Shown piece after piece: positions 9,596 to 18,287 of a stretch of DNA of 64,000 nucleotides (positions within the stretch are counted from its first letter, which is position 1; each line of letters opens with the position of its first letter). Source of the DNA: a virus (Duplodnaviria; Caudoviricetes); the IMG/VR virus record IMGVR_UViG_3300041583_000371, positions 18,992 through 82,991 of that record; one strand, given 5' to 3'. Position numbers and translations under genes: made by a program. Under the pieces are notes generated by a model, which saw only the letters and a list, made by a program, of their open reading frames with translations, did no database searches and was not told where the DNA came from.

Positions 9596-10459
9596 ATGAT
9601 AACATTACAAAATTTTAGACAGATGATTCCAAGTAACAAAGAACCAGATGCTTGGTATGCGATAGCGATGAGATTCTTTGAGAAGTACCAAATCAATACA
9701 CAAAATAGAATAGCTGGGTTTATGGCACAGTGCGCACACGAATCTAATGATTTTCGTGCACTTGAAGAAAACTTGAATTATAGCGAGGATGCTCTTAATC
9801 GTGTGTTTGGTAGGTATTTTGGTGCAGGAAAAAGAAATGCCGCTGAATATGCCAGAAACCCACAAAAAATTGCTAACTATGTGTACATGGATGAATTTAG
9901 ATCTAAAAAAGGTGCGCTAGGTAATACTGTAGCTGGTGATGGCTGGCGATTTAGAGGCGGCGGAATCAAACAACTTACGGGAAGAAGCAACTTCACGGTA
10001 TTTGCAAATTTTATGAAAATGAGTCCTGAGCAAGCTGCTGATTATGTCAGAACTAAAGAAGGTGCTTTCGAGTCTGCTTGTTGGTTTTGGGAGACTAACA
10101 ATATTTCAGGCTTCGCTGACAGAGACGACATTGATGGGATGTCAAGAAGAATTAATGGTGGTGACATAGGCATTGATGACAGACGTAGAAGATATATTTC
10201 TGCAAAATCCATCATAGGCAACGTTGATACCAAATCTGCAATAGGGGCTGCGACTTCCACATCGAGTGATATTACCTTAAAAATAGGATCAAATAGTAAC
10301 TTGGTAAAAGAAGTGCAAACTGCATTGAAGCTCAATGCCGATGGTGCTTTTGGGCCATTAACAGAATCAGCAGTCAAATCTTGGCAAAGAATAAATAGAT
10401 TCATAGCTAATGGTGTTATAGACCAAAAGCAGATAAATAAACTTTTAAGGAGAAACTAA
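9596..10459 (+). CDS. endolysin, GH19 chitinase-like domain plus C-terminal peptidoglycan-binding domain
   Basis: AQCAHES, ENLNYS, DGWRFRGGGIKQLTGRSN, INGG; C-terminal ADG.FGPLTE.AVK.WQ. Confidence 0.85.
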   Translation: MITLQNFRQMIPSNKEPDAWYAIAMRFFEKYQINTQNRIAGFMAQCAHESNDFRALEENLNYSEDALNRVFGRYFGAGKRNAAEYARNPQKIANYVYMDEFRSKKGALGNTVAGDGWRFRGGGIKQLTGRSNFTVFANFMKMSPEQAADYVRTKEGAFESACWFWETNNISGFADRDDIDGMSRRINGGDIGIDDRRRRYISAKSIIGNVDTKSAIGAATSTSSDITLKIGSNSNLVKEVQTALKLNADGAFGPLTESAVKSWQRINRFIANGVIDQKQINKLLRRN

Positions 10460-10460
10460 T

Positions 10461-10799
10461 ATGTCACTACAGAGAATAATCAAAGAGTCAGTAGATAAAA
10501 ATCCTATCGGTCTTAAAGAAGCACTTGAAAACGAACTTCGTGGCCGTATTGCTGTTGCGCTTGAAGCAAAAATGTGCGACATGGATATGGATGACGAAAT
10601 GGAAGATGATGAACTAGATGAAGTTGACATGGGCCAAGCTAGATCTGTTCAAGATAGACGTGATAGCCAATCGGTAAATCATAAGGTTACTGTTAATGGT
10701 AAAGTAGTTTCAAGTCATGGAAATGATTACTCCGATGCTACTGCTGCAGCAAAAAAACTGCAAGCGGCTGGTAAGAAAAATATAAGAATAGTGTCTTGA
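10461..10799 (+). CDS. prohead-core-like small protein, paralog of the 7908 N-terminus
   Basis: MSL..II..S...NPIGLKEA....RI..ALE shared; acidic linker ending LDEV. Confidence 0.55.
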   Translation: MSLQRIIKESVDKNPIGLKEALENELRGRIAVALEAKMCDMDMDDEMEDDELDEVDMGQARSVQDRRDSQSVNHKVTVNGKVVSSHGNDYSDATAAAKKLQAAGKKNIRIVS

Positions 10800-10806
10800 A
10801 GGCCAA

Positions 10807-11286
10807 TTGATGAAATCTTGGATTTTCATAGGTATATTGATAGCGTTATTGAGTGGGGCTGTATACTATTATTACAACACCACTCAAACGCGCATTGAAG
10901 CGTTAACACAAGCCAATGCCACATTGGTTGTGAACAATGGCCAATTATTAAGGGCCAATACTGAAAATATCAATACCATTGATAAAATGGAACAGAATTT
11001 CGAAGAAGTCACAAGTAATTTTTATGCTGTTCAGAACGATTTTCAAGTCATACGAATGGAAAATAATGAGTTGCGTGAACGTCTTGGTCGCCATGAATTA
11101 GATGCATTAGCTGCGGCAAAACCAGTATTGGTCCAAAGAACAGTCAATAATGCTTCGGCAAATGTGCTTAGGTGTTTCGAATTATTATCCGGTGTGCCAT
11201 TAAATGATAAGGAAAAAAATGCTAAAAACGAGAAAGAATTTAATGTCGAATGTCCTTGGTTTTGGTCTGGTAATAATACTCCTTAG
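10807..11286 (+). CDS. putative inner-membrane spanin (Rz-like)
   Basis: N-terminal TM, coiled-coil, C-terminal Cys residues; overlaps lipoprotein gene. Confidence 0.65.
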   Translation: MMKSWIFIGILIALLSGAVYYYYNTTQTRIEALTQANATLVVNNGQLLRANTENINTIDKMEQNFEEVTSNFYAVQNDFQVIRMENNELRERLGRHELDALAAAKPVLVQRTVNNASANVLRCFELLSGVPLNDKEKNAKNEKEFNVECPWFWSGNNTP

Positions 11287-11578
11287 TGCTTGTTCAGTTG
11301 GCCCGAAAGATATTGCAGTAACACCAATTGAGATACGAACAGTTGAAGTCAGTAAACCTAAACCTATTGTTCCTAAAGTAGACCAGCTTGGCCTTAAAAG
11401 TGTCAAATGGATTATCGTTACACCTGAAAACATAAATCAGTTGTTTGATGATATGAATGGCGAAAAAGTTCTTTTTGCATTGACATCTGAAGGGTACGAA
11501 AATATTGCATTCAATTTATCTGATATTATGGCCATGATTAGGCAACAGCAAAAAGTAATAGCAATTTACAAAAAGTAG
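11243..11578 (+). CDS. putative outer-membrane spanin lipoprotein (Rz1-like)
   Basis: signal peptide with LSAC lipobox from ATG 11243; Pro-rich. Confidence 0.7.
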   Translation: MSNVLGFGLVIILLSACSVGPKDIAVTPIEIRTVEVSKPKPIVPKVDQLGLKSVKWIIVTPENINQLFDDMNGEKVLFALTSEGYENIAFNLSDIMAMIRQQQKVIAIYKK

Positions 11579-11602
11579 ATTACAAAAGGTATAAATAATC
11601 TT

Positions 11603-11890
11603 ATGGAAGATGGTAAAAAAAATTGGCTGCGGACGCATTGGAGACCAATGATGGCAGTTGTATATATGATTATTATTCTATTTGATTTTGTTGTAGCTCC
11701 TATACTTTGGAGTTTAATTCAAGTTTGGGGTTCTGGTAGTGTTGCATTACAATGGACTCCTCTAACATTAATAGCTGGTGGTGTCTTTCATGCTGCTATG
11801 GGCGCGGTTTTGGGAATTAGTGCTTTCACAAGAGGCCAAGAAAAGATACAAAGGATAAAGGCAGATTATGACGGGCAATCAGATGAATGA
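11603..11890 (+). CDS. putative holin (3TM/GTA-holin-like)
   Basis: WRPMMA..Y...FDF..AP and LG....TRG.EK motifs; late promoter at 11590-11597. Confidence 0.6.
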   Translation: MEDGKKNWLRTHWRPMMAVVYMIIILFDFVVAPILWSLIQVWGSGSVALQWTPLTLIAGGVFHAAMGAVLGISAFTRGQEKIQRIKADYDGQSDE

Positions 11891-12344
11891 TAATGAAACA
11901 AATTCTATCAAAACAGACATAGCCCTAATAAAAAAAGATGTTAAGCAGATTGAACGGGTGTTCCAAAAAATTGATGATGCTGTCATGCAAATGACTAACG
12001 TAATAAAAAATATAGCTGTTCAGGAAAACATTCTGCAAAATAACGAAAAAAGAATTGCGAGTCTCGAAGAAAAGTCTATGAAGAATACCCAAGACGAACT
12101 AGATTTTCGTAAAGAATTAAATCAAAAGTTGGAAGATATGAAAAATGTATCTGACCATGAAAGAGATAGAAGGCATAAAGAGGTTCTTGATGCCATCAAT
12201 AAGTCAAACCAAAAACTAAGTGACAAGCTAGACCATCAAGATAAACGTATAAATTCTCTGGAAAACTGGAGATGGTACATACTTGGTATAGGTGCAGTCA
12301 TAATTTTTATCTTGTCAAAATTTCCTTTTTCATCATTTTTCTAG
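11883..12344 (+). CDS. coiled-coil protein with C-terminal TM (lysis-region associated)
   Basis: coiled-coil followed by RI.SLE.WRW..LG and a hydrophobic tail. Confidence 0.55.
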   Translation: MNDNETNSIKTDIALIKKDVKQIERVFQKIDDAVMQMTNVIKNIAVQENILQNNEKRIASLEEKSMKNTQDELDFRKELNQKLEDMKNVSDHERDRRHKEVLDAINKSNQKLSDKLDHQDKRINSLENWRWYILGIGAVIIFILSKFPFSSFF

Positions 12345-12373
12345 TTGACAAGTGCTTGCACTATGTATATAAT
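12345..12373 (+). promoter_or_regulatory. sigma70-type promoter
   Basis: perfect TTGACA-N17-TATAAT upstream of primase. Confidence 0.85.
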
Positions 12374-12417
12374 CAATGTTATATTGAATGAGATAGTAAG
12401 TAAGAGATAAAATAAAC

Positions 12418-13443
12418 ATGGTTGACTATATTGATCTACAGCACGTTATGATGCTGTCTAATAAACTTGAGCGTTTTTCTATCAAAAATAAATCCCCTTA
12501 TCGTATTAACTTTAGATGCATATATTGTGGTGATTCACAAACCTCCAAATCAAAAGCAAGAGCTTGGTTTCTTGAAGACAAATATCAGTCATTTAGATAT
12601 TTTTGTCATAACTGCGGCGAGAGTCATTCTTTCGTTTCATTCTTGCGCGGGTTTGACACTATGGCATATAATTCATACATTACAGATAAATATGTCAATA
12701 ATGTATCAAGGGTAGATGTACCCCCAACAGCAAAAATAGAACCAACCAAAGAACCGCCAAAATTAAGTATTAACCATCTATCTAAGATCAAAAAAATCAG
12801 TCAGTTGAAATTTGATCACCCAGCAAAACTGTATATCGAATCAAGAAAAATTCCAACCGACCAGCATTACAGGATATTTTATGCGCCCAAGTTTAAGACT
12901 TGGGTAAATTCTATTATACCAGAAAAATTAATATTTACAAGAGATGAGCCTAGAATTGTCATCCCCTTTCTAGATAGTAAAGGAAAAATGTTTGGCTTTA
13001 CGGGTAGGGGATTTGACCCTAATGGATTACGATACCTCACTATCATGATGGATGAAAAGCCAAAAATATTTGGTCTGGATAAAGTCGATTCGAAAAAACA
13101 ATATTATGTACTCGAAGGTGCGATAGATAGTTTGTTTGTTCCAAATTCTATTGCAATGGCGGGTGCTGATGGAAATCTTTCAGGGCTAGATAATGTTGAA
13201 AATGCGGTTTTCGTTTTTGATTTGGAATACAGAAACAAAGAAATTATGAAACGTGTCGAAAAAATAATTGACAAAGGCATGAAAGTATGCTTGTTCCCTA
13301 AAGGGATGACAAAGTATGGAAAAGACATAAATGATTTTGTGTCAAGTGGCTTAACATCATCTTATATTGTAGACATGATCAAGAAAAACGTGTATAGTGG
13401 TTTAGAAGCTAAGATAAAGCTGATCGATCTCAAAAACTGTTAA
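12418..13443 (+). CDS. 61: DNA primase (T4 gp61-like)
   Basis: RC.YCGDS and CHNCG zinc finger; EG.IDSLF TOPRIM motif; KDIND. Confidence 0.92.
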   Translation: MVDYIDLQHVMMLSNKLERFSIKNKSPYRINFRCIYCGDSQTSKSKARAWFLEDKYQSFRYFCHNCGESHSFVSFLRGFDTMAYNSYITDKYVNNVSRVDVPPTAKIEPTKEPPKLSINHLSKIKKISQLKFDHPAKLYIESRKIPTDQHYRIFYAPKFKTWVNSIIPEKLIFTRDEPRIVIPFLDSKGKMFGFTGRGFDPNGLRYLTIMMDEKPKIFGLDKVDSKKQYYVLEGAIDSLFVPNSIAMAGADGNLSGLDNVENAVFVFDLEYRNKEIMKRVEKIIDKGMKVCLFPKGMTKYGKDINDFVSSGLTSSYIVDMIKKNVYSGLEAKIKLIDLKNC

Positions 13444-13456
13444 CAACGGGGTAAAT

Positions 13457-14152
13457 GTGTTGAAACTAATAAACGGCGATTGCCTACTAGAGATCAAAAA
13501 AATTGAAAGTGGGTCTGTTGATATGGTAGTTACAGACCCGCCATATGGTATGAATTTTGTGTCTAATAGAGCAAAAGAAGGGCCAAGACATAAAGCCATT
13601 AATGATGATGATAAGGTAAACACAGAATGGATTTCAGAAGCTTTTCGCGTATTAAAAGATGGTGGTGGTTTCGTCACATTTTGTGACTGGAATACAAGTC
13701 ACGTTTGGCGGGAGTCTATTGAAAAAAACGGATTTAATTTGCGTTCACAAGGTGTTTGGAATCGTATGCATCATGGCATGGGCGATTTGACAGGGGCTTT
13801 TGCACCTATGCATGATATTATCTGGTATGCATCAAAAGGACGAAGAATCTTTGACAACAAACGATTGAAGTCTGTTTTTTCACATCGTAGACCAAGCCCA
13901 TCCGAAGATAATGGGCATCCGACTTGCAAACCAGTTAGCCTCATGGAAGAAATTATTCATGGGATTGGTGATGGTTCTAATGGCATTGTTTTAGATCCAT
14001 TCATGGGTTCAGGTAGTACAGGTGTAGCAGCAAAGAAATTGAACTTGCCATTTGTAGGAATAGAGTTAGATGAAACATATTTTGCAACTGCACAGAAAAG
14101 AATAAATGGCACAAGTGGATTGATAGATTTTTTTAATATGGGGGAAATATGA
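13457..14152 (+). CDS. orphan N6A/N4C DNA methyltransferase (beta class)
   Basis: DPPY, HPTCKP and LDPFMGSGSTG motifs. Confidence 0.9.
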   Translation: MLKLINGDCLLEIKKIESGSVDMVVTDPPYGMNFVSNRAKEGPRHKAINDDDKVNTEWISEAFRVLKDGGGFVTFCDWNTSHVWRESIEKNGFNLRSQGVWNRMHHGMGDLTGAFAPMHDIIWYASKGRRIFDNKRLKSVFSHRRPSPSEDNGHPTCKPVSLMEEIIHGIGDGSNGIVLDPFMGSGSTGVAAKKLNLPFVGIELDETYFATAQKRINGTSGLIDFFNMGEI

Positions 14153-14631
14153 CAGTAAATGCTATTTTAGCGCATGATGATAAATACGGTATAGGAAAAG
14201 ATGGTGTTCTGCCATGGCCACATTCCTCAGCCGATATGAAATGGTTTAGAGAATGTACCAATGGTCATATTGTAATTATGGGTAGAAAAACATGGGAAAG
14301 TATCGGTAGTAAAAGCCTACCAAAAAGAATGAATATCGTGGTCACAAGATCAGAAATTATAGGCTCCCCTAAATATACTTGGTTTGGTGACATAGAAGAA
14401 CTTATCAAAAATTTAAAAATGGAGTATCCAAACCTTAAAATCTGGATCATTGGCGGTGCTGATATTTATAGGCAAACCCTTCATCTATGCGACAACATTT
14501 TTGTGACTAAGATTGATGGTGATTATGATTGTGATGCATTTGTAGATATGAATATGTATCTTAATGGTTATGATAAGACGGCGGTAAACAAACAAGATGG
14601 GTTAGAATTTAGTATTTGGAGTAAGAATTGA
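14149..14631 (+). CDS. frd: dihydrofolate reductase
   Basis: IGKDGVLPW, DMKWF, IMGRKTWES, IIGGADIY. Confidence 0.95.
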   Translation: MTVNAILAHDDKYGIGKDGVLPWPHSSADMKWFRECTNGHIVIMGRKTWESIGSKSLPKRMNIVVTRSEIIGSPKYTWFGDIEELIKNLKMEYPNLKIWIIGGADIYRQTLHLCDNIFVTKIDGDYDCDAFVDMNMYLNGYDKTAVNKQDGLEFSIWSKN

Positions 14632-15518
14632 AACAATATCATATGCTACTGAAAGACATTTTAGAAAACGGTGAAAATGTAAGTGACAGAACAGGGACAG
14701 GAACCCGTACCTTATTCGGTCGTCAAATGCATTTTAATCTTGTAGATGGGTTTCCAGCGGTAACAACAAAAAAACTTGCATGGAAATCTGTTGTTGGTGA
14801 ATTGCTTTGGATGCTTGAAGGAAGCACAGATGAACGTAGGCTTGCCGAACTAACTTATGGTAAGCCCAGAAAAGATTTAGTTGGAAGAAATACAATTTGG
14901 ACTGCCAACGCAGATAATCAAGGTGTTGCGTTAGGATATGAAAATAACGATTCTAAAAAAGAGCTGGGGCCAATTTATGGGGAAATTTGGCGAAACTTTG
15001 ACTATTTCAGAGGATTAGAATGTGGTGTTGACCAAATACTGCAAATTATCGAACAGATAAAAGAGACACCAGATTCAAGGAGAATCATATTATCTGCTTG
15101 GAATCCTTTGTTAATTCCTGAAATGTCATTGCCGCCTTGTCACTACACCGCGCAATTTCGTGTGGTAAATGGCAAACTAAGTTGCATGATGACACAAAGA
15201 TCTGGTGATTTATTTTTAGGAATCCCGTTTAATATCGCAAGTTATGCTCTCTTGACACATATTATTGCTCGTGAATGTGGTTTGGAAGTAGGAAATTTTG
15301 TACATTCTATCGGTGATGCACACATATATAATGACCACTTTGATCAGGTAAAAGAACAACTGCTAAGAGAAGAATATGCTTTACCTACACTTGAAATTGG
15401 TGTAGAGTTTAACCTTATGGATAGACTACGCAATGGCTTTAAACTCGAAGATTGCTCTCTATTTACTCTTAAAAATTATGTACATCATCCCACAATAAAA
15501 GCACCAATGGCAGTATAA
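14628..15518 (+). CDS. td: thymidylate synthase ThyA
   Basis: DRTGTGT, LPPCH, QRSGDLFLGIPFN, DAHIY. Confidence 0.96.
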   Translation: MKQYHMLLKDILENGENVSDRTGTGTRTLFGRQMHFNLVDGFPAVTTKKLAWKSVVGELLWMLEGSTDERRLAELTYGKPRKDLVGRNTIWTANADNQGVALGYENNDSKKELGPIYGEIWRNFDYFRGLECGVDQILQIIEQIKETPDSRRIILSAWNPLLIPEMSLPPCHYTAQFRVVNGKLSCMMTQRSGDLFLGIPFNIASYALLTHIIARECGLEVGNFVHSIGDAHIYNDHFDQVKEQLLREEYALPTLEIGVEFNLMDRLRNGFKLEDCSLFTLKNYVHHPTIKAPMAV

Positions 15519-15560
15519 ACACTAAACTTGGTATTTTGACATGTATAAATACACATCCCA

Positions 15561-15576
15561 ACACAACATATAGCAA
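15561..15576 (+). promoter_or_regulatory. NrdR-box-like site upstream of nrdA (late promoter at 15544-15551)
   Basis: ACACAACATATAGCAA versus consensus acaCwAtATaTwGtgt. Confidence 0.45.
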
Positions 15577-15621
15577 ATATATATTTGCTATTAAAACAAT
15601 TTTTAACACTAAGAGGTACTG

Positions 15622-17241
15622 ATGACTATAATTATTAAACGCGATGGGCGCAAAGAGCAGTTAGATTTGAACAAAATACATACTGTTGTTGAATGGGCTT
15701 GTGACAAGATTACAGGGGTGTCTATTTCGGAAGTTGAACTGAAATCACAAATTCAATTTTATGCAGGTATTACGAGTGAAGAAATTCATGAAACTCTTAT
15801 CCGTTCAGCATCCGAATTAATTTCAGAAGAAACCCCTAACTATCAATTTGTTGCATCAAAGTTGATTAACTTTGATCTTCGTAAGCGAGCATATGGGCAT
15901 TATGAGCCTTGGCATATCAAAGATATCGTAAAGCGAGGCGTTCAGAAAGGTTTTTATAACCCTGACTTACTTTCTGTATACAATGATGAAGATTGGGCGT
16001 TTATGGAGGGTGTCATAAATCACAATAGAGACTATGAAATTTCATATGCTGGTATGGTGCAGTTCAGGACCAAGTATCTCGTAAAAAATAAATCGACTAT
16101 GGAGTATTTCGAAACACCGCAAATTGCATACATGTTGATTGCTGCTAGTGGTTGTATTTCTGAAGAAAGTAAAGATAGACTTAAATTTATCAAGAAAATT
16201 TATAACCATCTTTCCAAGTTTGATTTTACACTGCCAACACCTATCATGGCAGGATTGCGGACTAATGTAAAACAATTTTCATCTTGTACTTTAATTGATG
16301 CTGGTGATTCACTTGATTCGATCAATGCTGCCGCATCGGCTATTGTAAAATATGCAGCCAATAAAGCAGGCATTGGTTTGAATATCGGAAGAATTCGTGC
16401 GGTTGGTTCCCCAATTCGTAATGGTGAAGTTACCCATACTGGTGTAGTGCCATTTATAAAATATTTCAATGCTGCGCTAAAAAGCTGTAATCAAGGTGGG
16501 GTTCGTAATTCAAGCGGCACATTTTATTACCCAATGTGGCATTATGAATATGAAGATATGATTGTACTAAAAAATAACAAAGGTACAGAAGACACGCGAG
16601 TTAGATCAGTAGATTATGGCGTTCAACTTAACAGATTTTTGATTCAAAGGCTAATCGAAGATGGCAACATTACTCTGTTTTCGCCCAACGATGTACCAGA
16701 CCTTTATGAGGCTTTTTTCACAAATCAAGAATTGTTTGGAGAACTTTATGTCAAATATGAAAATGACAGTAGTATTCGTAAAAAAACAATAACTGCTATT
16801 GAGGCGTTCAGTGTCCTTGCGCAAGAAAGAGTTGAGACAGGTCGCATCTATATTCAATTTGTTGACAACACAAACGAGCAAGGTATGTTAGGCGAAGAAA
16901 ATCCAGTATATATGAGTAATTTGTGTTTAGTCGGTGATACCAAAATTGATGTGATTTGTGATAATCAACCATTTAAAATTAATATAGAAGACTTGGGTAA
17001 TTTTATGCGCAAGTATGATAACGTGGTGGTCAAGTCTTACAATACGGATACGAAGGCTGTTGAATATATGCCTATTGAAGCGTTTGGTCTCACAAACCCC
17101 GACGCAGATTTATATCAAGTAACTACCGATGATGATACACATAGTGTAGTGTGTACGAGCGATCATTTATTCTGGACTGATAATAGAGGATATGTGGCAG
17201 CAATAGATTTGACTGAAGAAGATAGAATAAAAACATTATAG
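15622..17241 (+). CDS. nrdA: class Ia ribonucleotide reductase alpha, N-terminal fragment fused to split intein N-part
   Basis: ATP-cone start IIKRDG; PTP.M, QFSSC, NQGG.R; ends MSNL|CLVGDT intein. Confidence 0.93.
   Translation: MTIIIKRDGRKEQLDLNKIHTVVEWACDKITGVSISEVELKSQIQFYAGITSEEIHETLIRSASELISEETPNYQFVASKLINFDLRKRAYGHYEPWHIKDIVKRGVQKGFYNPDLLSVYNDEDWAFMEGVINHNRDYEISYAGMVQFRTKYLVKNKSTMEYFETPQIAYMLIAASGCISEESKDRLKFIKKIYNHLSKFDFTLPTPIMAGLRTNVKQFSSCTLIDAGDSLDSINAAASAIVKYAANKAGIGLNIGRIRAVGSPIRNGEVTHTGVVPFIKYFNAALKSCNQGGVRNSSGTFYYPMWHYEYEDMIVLKNNKGTEDTRVRSVDYGVQLNRFLIQRLIEDGNITLFSPNDVPDLYEAFFTNQELFGELYVKYENDSSIRKKTITAIEAFSVLAQERVETGRIYIQFVDNTNEQGMLGEENPVYMSNLCLVGDTKIDVICDNQPFKINIEDLGNFMRKYDNVVVKSYNTDTKAVEYMPIEAFGLTNPDADLYQVTTDDDTHSVVCTSDHLFWTDNRGYVAAIDLTEEDRIKTL
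16924..17238 (+). mobile_element. split intein N-fragment (IntN, ~105 aa)
   Basis: block A CLVGDTKI; block B CTSDHLF (TxxH); ends at stop without blocks F/G. Confidence 0.9.
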
Positions 17242-17252
17242 TACAATGAAAT

Positions 17253-17292
17253 ACCTCTTTGCATAAATAAAATTAGTTAAATGCAAAGAGGT
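17253..17292 (+). promoter_or_regulatory. RBS-sequestering hairpin with embedded late-promoter variant CATAAATA
   Basis: ACCTCTTTGCAT (17253-64) is the perfect reverse complement of ATGCAAAGAGGT (17281-92), which holds the SD. Confidence 0.75.
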
Positions 17293-17297
17293 GCTAC

Positions 17298-18287
17298 ATG
17301 AACTATCGTAAACTACATGACAAATTTATAAATTATTTTATAAATACCGCCCCTAAAGAAAGGTTAATGGCAAAAAATAATATAGACAAAAGGCTTGATA
17401 AAGAGAATTTATATGTGGAGATTCATCATATAATTCCTAAACATGATGGTGGGTGCGATTCGCCACATAATCTTGTTACTCTATTACCCGAAGAACACGT
17501 CTTCATACATAAGCTAAGATACAAGGCTTACGGTCAAAGAGGTGATATGCTTTCTGTTAGGTTTGTTCTTAATGGTATGAAAAGCAATGCTAGATTTAAT
17601 GTTGATGGGTCTAACATGCACCTTACTAAGTATATATTAGGCGGATATGCGTTCATAAAAAGTAATTCATCTGAATTCAGAAAAAAAGTTGGGTGGCATA
17701 CGCCAAATGGAGCTAAAAAAATATCCGAATCGAGGAAAGGCAATATGCCAGTGAAAGATGTTGATACTTTAAAAATTATAGGTTCAGTAAGTTGCCAACA
17801 CCCTAAAGTGATATCGGGTCAGTGGGTCCACCATAGTAAAGGTGTAAAATACACAGATGAAAGAAAATTATCTATGGTAAATGGTAGTGGGGATAAAAAT
17901 AATAACTATTCTGGTTATGATGATGACCAACTCATTTTAAACTTTATCGAAATATGCAATAAATTAGGATATATACCAGGTCATAAAACAGCAACAGATT
18001 TTGGGGTTGAAAATAATATATATTTTCCTAAGTCAATAAAAGATTTTAGGTTTGATGGAGATGGCTTTCGTGGTATGATACAAATAGTGGAAGAAAAAAC
18101 AGGTCTAAAATATGACCCATACTATACCAGAAGATCTGGTCGTGTGAAAATAATAAGCGGAAAACGTTGTTGGGTTACTGACGGCGTTAATAGCAAATCA
18201 ATCTCTTTTATTGATTTGAATGAATATAATCTAATAGGATGGAAAAAAGGAAGAACATTATATGGCAAAAGTAATAAAATTAAATAA
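17298..18287 (+). mobile_element. free-standing MobE-like HNH homing endonuclease
   Basis: EIHHIIPK.DGG.D...NLV.L...EH...H; C-terminal WVTDG..GWKKGR. Confidence 0.85.

Noticed and set aside
13457-14152. Complete restriction-modification system
   Set aside because: No adjacent endonuclease; the methyltransferase is flanked by primase and DHFR
17241-18262. Group I intron interrupting nrdA
   Set aside because: Only ~56 non-coding nt, too little for a ribozyme core; intein motifs on both sides explain the split
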